A stretch of DNA of 64,000 nucleotides from Endomicrobiaceae bacterium (lineage in GTDB: Bacteria > Elusimicrobiota > Endomicrobiia > Endomicrobiales > Endomicrobiaceae). Where the stretch lies: the NCBI GenBank assembly GCA_045223915.1, contig JBGUZU010000033.1, positions 45,660-109,659 on the forward strand. The letters run 5' to 3'. The notes under the pieces were generated by a model. That model worked only from the letters and a program-made list of their open reading frames with translations, was not told the DNA's origin and made no database searches. A program made the position numbers and the translations under genes. This document shows positions 55,549 through 62,551 of this stretch, in pieces. Every line of letters begins with the position of its first letter. Position 1 is the stretch's first letter.

Positions 55549-57060
55549 TTAAAACTGAGCATATACAAAATCCGTCGGATTATAATCCGGACCATATATT
55601 CCGAAAGCCAAAATAATAGTTATTAAAATTAATAATGTAACCCAATGAAATATAACCGGTATTTTATTGGTATAAATACTTTTAATATCTATTTTATTTT
55701 CTTTAATTATATCCACTATAATAAGTAGTATAATTCCTACCGGTATTATAAACAAATCATTTATACTAAAAAAATTAATATTCAAATTAGTATTAAAGTT
55801 TGTAAAAATTCTAAACAGAATATAAAATCCCTCCTGTATATTTGAAACTATAAAAAATACATAGACAAGACAAAGTAAAAAGTATACTCCTATCATTTGC
55901 AAAATTCTGTAAATTAAATTATGTTGAATGAATTTATATTTTTTATATAGCTTTTTGGTATAATCATGAACGATATCCGTAAGTATTAAATATATACATG
56001 GAAGAAAACATGTGCCGAACATTAATTTAAGACTTAATCCGTGCCATACTCCGGCAAAAAGCCATACAACCATATAGGATATAAAAACAGGAATATGTTC
56101 GGCATTGGTTTTCGAATGTTTTTTTAAATTATCCTTTAAACTCATAACAAATTTACTTCTTAAAACCGGATAAAAAATATAGTCTCTGTAAAATGTAAAA
56201 ATCGTTATGTGCCATCTTTGCCAATACTGATGGAAACTCGTTGAAAAGTACGGATTGCGAAAATTTTCCGGTAATTTTATGCCGAAACATTCCGATATTC
56301 CCAAAACAATGTCCATTGCAGCTGAAAAATCGGCATAAAGTTGGAAACCGAATAAAAGAATTCCTATAACAAGAAAAATTGTAGGTTGCGCGGCAATACT
56401 TCTTACAAAAATAGCACTCACAACGGCAGCGATTCTGTCTGCAATAACAATTTTTTTAAATATTCCCCATAAAATTCTTAATATTCCAAATTGTATGGAT
56501 GAGTAATCTATCGGTTTTTGTGATATAAACTGGTCTTTTGTATCGTTGTGTCTTACAATAGGACCCATCAAGAGTTGCGGAAAATATATTGCGAACAACA
56601 AATATTTAAAGAAATTTGTTTCAACAACAGTAACTTTTCTGTAAACATCAACGACATAAGCTACAAGAATTAAAGTGTAATACGATATACCTATCGGAAC
56701 GATTATATCATCGACAAATTTTGTGGGTATATTAAAAAAGTTGCCGATTAATGTATTTACGGGAATAATAATTTTGGTGAATTTAAAGAGAAGTAAGCCC
56801 GCAAATAGCGCTAATATTGTCAATATTAGAATTCTATTCTTACTTTTTTCAGTGTATGCTTTACTTATATAATAAGCACCTGTATAAGAAATTAGAACAA
56901 AAATCAGTGTATAAATAGAACATAAAGGGCCGGAGACAATGAATAAAAATATTAAACTTATTACTAATAAAAAAATCCAACGAAATTTTGCTGAAATGAA
57001 GTGGTATATTATAAAAGAAATTGAGAACAATAAAATTAAACTTTGCCAAGCCGAGTTCAT
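55549..57060 (-). CDS. MBOAT-family membrane-bound O-acyltransferase (DltB/AlgI-like)
   Basis: Polytopic protein with the conserved FHQYWQRWHITIFTFYRDYIFYP histidine motif of DltB/AlgI. Confidence 0.85.
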   Translation of the reverse strand: MNSAWQSLILLFSISFIIYHFISAKFRWIFLLVISLIFLFIVSGPLCSIYTLIFVLISYTGAYYISKAYTEKSKNRILILTILALFAGLLLFKFTKIIIPVNTLIGNFFNIPTKFVDDIIVPIGISYYTLILVAYVVDVYRKVTVVETNFFKYLLFAIYFPQLLMGPIVRHNDTKDQFISQKPIDYSSIQFGILRILWGIFKKIVIADRIAAVVSAIFVRSIAAQPTIFLVIGILLFGFQLYADFSAAMDIVLGISECFGIKLPENFRNPYFSTSFHQYWQRWHITIFTFYRDYIFYPVLRSKFVMSLKDNLKKHSKTNAEHIPVFISYMVVWLFAGVWHGLSLKLMFGTCFLPCIYLILTDIVHDYTKKLYKKYKFIQHNLIYRILQMIGVYFLLCLVYVFFIVSNIQEGFYILFRIFTNFNTNLNINFFSINDLFIIPVGIILLIIVDIIKENKIDIKSIYTNKIPVIFHWVTLLILITIILAFGIYGPDYNPTDFVYAQF

Positions 57061-57081
57061 AAGTTTGTTATCCTAATGAAA

Positions 57082-57429
57082 TTAATTTTTTACAATTAAT
57101 GTTACTATCAAAATAATAATAAGTAAAATTAAAATTGCCAAAGATATTAAAATCAATTTTATTATTTTAAGTATTTTGTTTAATGCGGTATTAGTTTGTA
57201 AGAAATGCTGTTGAATAAAATTTGTAGTCGCCGCACCTAACAATAATAAATCATCAAACCAACCTATAACAGGTGCGACATCTCCGTCTATAGGAATAAT
57301 TGTGTATATTATTGACGCTATTAACCATATCCAAGACCAAACTTTTTTATTTTTGTTTGAATCGGATTGTAAATTATTTATACTTTTTTCATCTACTATT
57401 TCCGGTTCTATCGGCTCTTGTTGTTCCAT
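57082..57429 (-). CDS. DUF1232 (YkvA-like) membrane protein
   Basis: IIPIDGDVAPVIGWFDDLLLLG matches the DUF1232 signature. Confidence 0.65.
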   Translation of the reverse strand: MEQQEPIEPEIVDEKSINNLQSDSNKNKKVWSWIWLIASIIYTIIPIDGDVAPVIGWFDDLLLLGAATTNFIQQHFLQTNTALNKILKIIKLILISLAILILLIIILIVTLIVKN

Positions 57430-57465
57430 TATGACTCCGTAAAATAAAAAAGAAGATGACTGTTG

Positions 57466-57987
57466 TCATCTTCTTTTCTGTTTAGTTATTTTTTCTTCTT
57501 TACTGTTTTTTTTAGTTTTTTGTTTTTTTTTTGCTGAAAGCTCTTTTATTAAAGGAATTTCACCGCAATCCGGGAATAAATGACAATTTATACATTCACT
57601 CCAAATTTTTTGAGGCAAAATTTCTCTGGATATTACTTCGTAGCCCATTTTTTGAAAAAATGCCGGTTTAAAACTTAATGCAAATGTTGCATATATACCT
57701 AAATCTAAAGCATTTTGTTCAAGAGTTTTTACTATTTTTGTTCCGATACCTTGTCTTGCATAAGTTTTTTCTACTGCAAGAGCTTTTACTTCTGCAAGAT
57801 CGTCCCAACTTACATGCAAAGCACCGCAACCTATAATTTTGCTCTTAACTTCGGCAACGACATATTCCTGTATATTTTCATATATAGAATTTAGTGACCT
57901 GTGCAACATTTCTTTATTGTCTGCATAAAATTCTATTATTCTATGCATTTGTTTAACATCTTGAACTTTTGCTGGTCTGATTTTCAT
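57466..57987 (-). CDS. GNAT-family N-acetyltransferase (short ArgA-like) with Lys-rich tail
   Basis: RQGIGTKIV acetyl-CoA motif (R/Q-x-x-G-x-G/A). C-terminal C..C....C patch. Confidence 0.7.
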   Translation of the reverse strand: MKIRPAKVQDVKQMHRIIEFYADNKEMLHRSLNSIYENIQEYVVAEVKSKIIGCGALHVSWDDLAEVKALAVEKTYARQGIGTKIVKTLEQNALDLGIYATFALSFKPAFFQKMGYEVISREILPQKIWSECINCHLFPDCGEIPLIKELSAKKKQKTKKNSKEEKITKQKRR

Positions 57988-57993
57988 AATGCT

Positions 57994-58054
57994 TTTCTTT
58001 CTATACCTCTATACATCCATGCATCTATGCATCAAAATTTGCTTTGCAAATTTT
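57994..58054 (-). repeat. hairpin AAAATTTGC-TTT-GCAAATTTT plus period-8 array (minus sense GATGCATA GATGCATG GATGTATA GAGGTATA GAAAGAAA)
   Basis: Read directly. The hairpin overlaps the stop of the gamma subunit gene. The array fills the spacer to the GNAT gene. Confidence 0.75.
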
Positions 58055-58592
58055 ACTTGGTCCAATTATATCCGGCATCTACAGCTTTAATGTTTAAAGG
58101 AATAACCTTAGGTTTTGCAGCAAAAGCAGTTTCCAAAGCTTTTTTAACGTGGTCCAAACTCGGGGCTTGTATTCTTTTTACCAAAGCACCTACGGCAACC
58201 ATGTTAGCTGTTTTAATATTTCCTACTTGTTTATCTGCAATTTCCGTTATAGGAATAAATGTTATTCTTTTATCGTTATAATCCGCTTCATTTATTAATG
58301 AAGAGTTTGCGATAACCACCGCATCTTCTTTCATTCTGGACAAGAATTTGTCCAATGAAGGTTTATTTAATGCTATTAAAGCAGTAGGTGCAAATGCTAC
58401 AGGAGATCCGATTTCTTCATCGGAAATTATAACTGTAGAGTTTGCAGTTCCGCCTCTCATTTCCGCTCCGTATGAAGGGAACCATGTCGTTTTTAAATCT
58501 TGTTCCAATGCCGACTGTGCAAGAAGAGTTCCTGCAAGCAAAACACCTTGTCCGCCAAAACCTGCTGAAATTATTTCTTCGTAAATTTTCAT
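58053..58592 (-). CDS. 2-oxoacid:ferredoxin oxidoreductase, gamma subunit
   Basis: AGFGGQGVLLAG... typical gamma-subunit N-terminus. Part of a four-gene delta-alpha-beta-gamma set. Confidence 0.85.
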   Translation of the reverse strand: MKIYEEIISAGFGGQGVLLAGTLLAQSALEQDLKTTWFPSYGAEMRGGTANSTVIISDEEIGSPVAFAPTALIALNKPSLDKFLSRMKEDAVVIANSSLINEADYNDKRITFIPITEIADKQVGNIKTANMVAVGALVKRIQAPSLDHVKKALETAFAAKPKVIPLNIKAVDAGYNWTK

Positions 58593-58608
58593 TTTATTTT
58601 GTCCCGTC

Positions 58609-59349
58609 TTATTTTGTTTCGTCTTTTATTACACCTAAAGGGAAAGTTTTAAACATTTCTTCTTTTACCCACTTTGTCGCTTCCAACGGAGTTTTACCCC
58701 AATCTACAGGACAATGTGATACAACTTCGATAAATGAATAACCTTTTCCTTCAACTTGATTTTGGAAAGCTTTTTTTATAGCTTTTCCCGCTTGTATTAC
58801 ATGAGGAGCATCACAAACGGATACTCTTTCAATATATTTTGTTCCTTTCAAACCTGCAAGTAACTCACAAACATTTATAGGATAACCTTCTCTTTGAGGA
58901 TCTCTACCGAAAGGGGTGGTTTCCGTTACTTGCCCCAACAATGTTGTAGGTGCCATTTGCCCGCCGGTCATACCGTAATTTGCATTGTTGATGAATATTA
59001 CGGTTATGTTTTCACCTCTGTTTGCACAATGAATGGTTTCTGCTGTTCCTATAGCTGCCAAATCACCGTCTCCCTGATAAGTGAAAACAATTTTGTCCGG
59101 ATTTGTTCTTTTGATACCGGTTGCAACCGCAGGAGGTCTTCCGTGAGGAGCTTCAGTTGTATCAAAATTGAAATAATTGTATGCAAATACCGCACAACCC
59201 ACAGGTGCTACGGCAATTGTTCTTTCTCTTATTCCTAAATCATCTATAGCTTGTGCAACAAGTCTGTGCACGATACCATGTCCGCATCCCGGACAATATG
59301 ATAAAGGAAAATCTTTTAATGCTTTTGGTCTTGATAATATTTTTTCCAT
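58609..59349 (-). CDS. 2-oxoacid:ferredoxin oxidoreductase, beta (TPP-binding) subunit
   Basis: YCPGCGHG, GDGD....G, NN..YGMTGGQ. Confidence 0.85.
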   Translation of the reverse strand: MEKILSRPKALKDFPLSYCPGCGHGIVHRLVAQAIDDLGIRERTIAVAPVGCAVFAYNYFNFDTTEAPHGRPPAVATGIKRTNPDKIVFTYQGDGDLAAIGTAETIHCANRGENITVIFINNANYGMTGGQMAPTTLLGQVTETTPFGRDPQREGYPINVCELLAGLKGTKYIERVSVCDAPHVIQAGKAIKKAFQNQVEGKGYSFIEVVSHCPVDWGKTPLEATKWVKEEMFKTFPLGVIKDETK

Positions 59350-59369
59350 GTCTTTTTTCCTACAGTAAA

Positions 59370-60422
59370 CTATTTCTTTGCAAGTTCTTCTATTTTATCC
59401 AATACTTGTTTATCTGAAACTATTCCGCCGCCGGCTCTACCCAAGAAATCTACGGGGCATTTACCGTTAACGGCAAGTTTTACATCTTCCACCATTTGAC
59501 CCAACGAAAATTCTACCGAGAAGAATTTTACTCCCGGTTTAGCATAACTTTCAATTATTTTGCTTGGGAAAGGCCACAAAGTTATAGGTCTTATTAAACC
59601 TGCCTTTATACCTTTGGCTCTTGCCTGTTTAATTGCATTTTTAGATATTCTTGAAGATATACCAAAAGCTACAATTATAACTTCAGCGTCTTCAACTTGA
59701 TAAAGTTCTGCTTTAACTTCGTTTTCTTCTATAGTTTTATATTTTTTCTGTAAATCTAAATTGTGTTGTTCCAAAACACCGTCTTGCATAAGCAAAGATT
59801 TTAATGATCTCGGTTCTCTGCCTTTGCAACCGTCCAAAATCCAGTCTCTGTCTTCAAATTTTGTTTTTGGTTCCTTGTTGAAATCAACAGGTTCCATCAT
59901 TTGTCCTACGATACCGTCGCATAACAACATTACCGGATTTCTGTATTTTTGTGCAACATCGAATGCATTGTATGCTATTTCATACATTTCTTGTGCATTC
60001 GCGGGAGCATAAACTATTAAGTGATAATCTCCGTGACCACCGCCTTTAACTGCCTGAAAATAGTCTGCTTGAGAACCTGCAATGTTGCCGAGTCCGGGTC
60101 CGCCTCTTTGAACATTAACAATAACCCCCGGTATTTCCATACCGGCCATATATGATATTGCTTCCTGTTTTAAAGATATTCCCGGAGATGACGATGATGT
60201 CATTGCTCTTTTACCTGATGCACATGCCCCAAGCACCATATTGGCTGCTGCCAATTCTGATTCTGCTTGAATAAAAACCTTTTTTAACTCGACCATTCTT
60301 CTGGACATGTAAGCAGGAACTTCATTCTGCGGAGTAATAGGATAGCCAAAATAAGCATCCAGGCCTGCCGCTATTGCTCCTTCACACAAAGCCACATTAC
60401 CTTTTACTAATTTTTTTACCAT
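59370..60422 (-). CDS. 2-oxoacid:ferredoxin oxidoreductase, alpha subunit
   Basis: KGNVALCEGAIAAG..AYFGYPITPQNE N-terminus. Substrate (2-oxoglutarate versus branched-chain versus pyruvate) is not resolvable by eye. Confidence 0.85.
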   Translation of the reverse strand: MVKKLVKGNVALCEGAIAAGLDAYFGYPITPQNEVPAYMSRRMVELKKVFIQAESELAAANMVLGACASGKRAMTSSSSPGISLKQEAISYMAGMEIPGVIVNVQRGGPGLGNIAGSQADYFQAVKGGGHGDYHLIVYAPANAQEMYEIAYNAFDVAQKYRNPVMLLCDGIVGQMMEPVDFNKEPKTKFEDRDWILDGCKGREPRSLKSLLMQDGVLEQHNLDLQKKYKTIEENEVKAELYQVEDAEVIIVAFGISSRISKNAIKQARAKGIKAGLIRPITLWPFPSKIIESYAKPGVKFFSVEFSLGQMVEDVKLAVNGKCPVDFLGRAGGGIVSDKQVLDKIEELAKK

Positions 60423-60428
60423 TGTTTT

Positions 60429-60632
60429 TTACCTGTACACTTCTATGCAAGTATCGGGGCACATTTGATAGCAAGATCCGCATCCAACACATTCTTTTTC
60501 ACTTTTTAATACCGCATAATGGTAACCGATTTTGTTAATTTCGGTTGAAAAATCAATGCATTTTTTAGGACATGCGTTTATACAAAGTCCACAACCTTTA
60601 CATCTGTCTTGATTAACTGTTATTTTTGCCAT
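60429..60632 (-). CDS. 2-oxoacid:ferredoxin oxidoreductase, delta subunit (2x[4Fe-4S] ferredoxin)
   Basis: Two CxxCxxCxxxCP motifs in 67 aa. Confidence 0.85.
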   Translation of the reverse strand: MAKITVNQDRCKGCGLCINACPKKCIDFSTEINKIGYHYAVLKSEKECVGCGSCYQMCPDTCIEVYR

Positions 60633-60675
60633 AGTGTTCCAATTCTATAACTTTATTTATTTATTGTCAAATTTT

Positions 60676-61914
60676 TTACTCATGATGGTGGCAACTGTGT
60701 CCGCCGCCGTGGCAATCGTGTCCTTCACCATGTTCATGGTCATGATGTGAACACATTGTATTCGGGTTATAATTAAGTGTTCCGTTTAGAAAATCTTTCA
60801 TTACTTCATCTGCTTTTCCGCTTGTTCCCGGATATACCGTTACACCTTCCTGTGCCAAAGCAACTTTTGCTCCGCCGCCGATACCGCCGCAAATCAATGT
60901 TTCTATACCTAAACCTTTTAACATTCCTGCAAGTGATTCGTGACCGGTTCCGTTACTTGATATAATTTCGCTGGACAATATTTTACCGTTTTCTACAGTA
61001 TAAACTTTAAAGTTTTCCGTATGTCCGAAATGTTGAAATACTTCACCGTTTTCATAGGTTATTGCTATTTTCATAGTTCCCTCCTTTACAGATACCTGTT
61101 TTGAAGATAACAACTTTTCTATATTTGAGATATTGTTTTCTAAACTTATACCGTCAACTTTCTCTATTTCGCCTTTATCACATAAAGATGCAACGTTAGG
61201 GTCAATAGGTAACTTATCTATAACGGAAATATTAAATTTTTTGGCCACGTCTTCTATTTTGCTTTCACCGAACACATTTATTTGTTTTCCGCAATCCGGA
61301 CATTTCATATAACTCATATTTTCTACAATTCCCAATACGGGAACATTCATCATTTTTGCCATATTAACCGCTTTTTCAACTATCATTGAAACAAGTTCCT
61401 GTGGGGAAGTAACAACGATTATTCCGTCAACAGGTATAGACTGAAATACCGTTAAAGGAACATCGCCTGTTCCGGGTGGCATATCTATAAACATAACGTC
61501 TTGTTCATTCCATATAACATCTTTCCAAAATTGTTTTATTACACCTGCTATAACAGGACCTCTCCAAATAACGGGGTCGGTTTCATTATCCAACAACAAG
61601 TTTATAGACATTATGTCTATACCTTTTTTTGTAAGAACAGGGAAAAAGCCGGTTTCTCCGTTAATAGGTCTTTCTTTTATACCGAACGCTTTTGGTATTG
61701 AAGGTCCTGTAATATCTGCATCCATAATGGCGGTTTTATAACCTTTTTTGTTCATTGATACTGCAAGCAAAGATGTTACCGACGATTTTCCTACTCCGCC
61801 TTTACCGCTGACTATTCCTATAATCTTTTTTATTTTTGTTGCCTCATGAGGTTTTTCCATGAACGATTGTTTATCGTGATGTGAACATGAACAACCTTTT
61901 TCTTCGTTACTCAT
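60676..61914 (-). CDS. Mrp/NBP35-type Fe-S cluster carrier ATPase fused to a NifB/NifX-like domain, with Cys/His-rich termini
   Basis: SGKGGVGKSS deviant Walker A, and CPDCG in the Mrp part. The C-terminal KIAITYENGEVFQHFGHTENF resembles the dinitrogenase FeMo-cofactor-binding fold. The tail ends SHHDHEHGEGHDCHGGGHSCHHHE. The ATG at 61914 follows GGAGAA. Confidence 0.75.
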   Translation of the reverse strand: MSNEEKGCSCSHHDKQSFMEKPHEATKIKKIIGIVSGKGGVGKSSVTSLLAVSMNKKGYKTAIMDADITGPSIPKAFGIKERPINGETGFFPVLTKKGIDIMSINLLLDNETDPVIWRGPVIAGVIKQFWKDVIWNEQDVMFIDMPPGTGDVPLTVFQSIPVDGIIVVTSPQELVSMIVEKAVNMAKMMNVPVLGIVENMSYMKCPDCGKQINVFGESKIEDVAKKFNISVIDKLPIDPNVASLCDKGEIEKVDGISLENNISNIEKLLSSKQVSVKEGTMKIAITYENGEVFQHFGHTENFKVYTVENGKILSSEIISSNGTGHESLAGMLKGLGIETLICGGIGGGAKVALAQEGVTVYPGTSGKADEVMKDFLNGTLNYNPNTMCSHHDHEHGEGHDCHGGGHSCHHHE

Positions 61915-62263
61915 TGTTGTTCTCCTTTGTTTTTCTGTGTTTGTGGTTACAACATCTTTTTTTACAGTGTTTTCCCGAAAATTCACAAACTTCATAGTCG
62001 CCGCCTTTTACTTTTAAACAAGAATTATTTATTAAGCAGTCTGCAAGTTTTTTCCTTGCATTACTGTATATTGCCTGAACGGTGGTTCTTGCAACATTCA
62101 TTCTGACGGCGCATTCTTGTTGAGTTAGTTGTTCTAAATCTATCAAACGAATAGTCTCGTATTCGTCAATAGCCATTTCAACAACTTCATGTGAATTTTT
62201 CGGACCGAAGGTTAAATTTTGCGGAAAACTGCAAATTCTTCTGCATTTTAAGGGTCTTACCAT
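61907..62263 (-). CDS. DUF134 (UPF0251) putative DNA-binding protein with Cys-rich C-terminus
   Basis: MVRPLKCRRI... and EYETIRLIDLEQLTQQECAVRMNVARTTVQAIY (sigma-70 region-4-like HTH) match the DUF134 signature. The ATG at 62263 has a better RBS than the track start at 62293. Confidence 0.7.
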   Translation of the reverse strand: MVRPLKCRRICSFPQNLTFGPKNSHEVVEMAIDEYETIRLIDLEQLTQQECAVRMNVARTTVQAIYSNARKKLADCLINNSCLKVKGGDYEVCEFSGKHCKKRCCNHKHRKTKENNNE

Positions 62264-62287
62264 AAATTCTGCCTTTTTTATTGTTTT

Positions 62288-62299
62288 TGACATTTGTCA
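62288..62299. promoter_or_regulatory. operator-like palindrome TGACA-TT-TGTCA, copy 1
   Basis: Lies just downstream of the predicted -10, around the expected transcription start. It is part of a 20-nt direct repeat TTTTTGACATTTGTCA(G/A)TAA. Confidence 0.5.
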
Positions 62300-62306
62300 G
62301 TAACGG

Positions 62307-62336
62307 AATATATCATATATTTTTGACATTTGTCAA
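62307..62336 (-). promoter_or_regulatory. sigma70-type promoter TTGACA-17/18 nt-ATATAT/TATATT for the DUF134 operon
   Basis: The minus strand reads TTGACAAATGTCAAAAATATATGATATATT. The -35 hexamer is embedded in palindrome copy 2. Confidence 0.5.
62324..62335. promoter_or_regulatory. operator-like palindrome TGACA-TT-TGTCA, copy 2 (extends to TTGACATTTGTCAA)
   Basis: Perfect 14-bp palindrome overlapping the -35 element, 36 bp from copy 1. Confidence 0.5.
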
Positions 62337-62551
62337 TAATAACTGATCGTTTTAAATATATAAAATTAAACAATTTACTTCTTTTTTTGCTAAAAAAACG
62401 GGCAAATTTGTATAAAAATTAAAAAGGCAATGAAAAATCAATAAAATATTGAAATTTTCTGAGTTTTTTTATACAATGTATAATGGTATGTTAAAATAAT
62501 ATATATAATAATATAAATAAATATAAAAGAAGTTTGTCTTGGAGGACATAA

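Noticed and set aside
52409-57060. Annotating the cluster as a genuine dltABCD D-alanylation operon
   Set aside because: The adenylating enzyme is FACL-like and about 600 aa, the gene order differs, and the host appears to be a diderm without teichoic acids. I keep it as dlt-like with unknown substrate.
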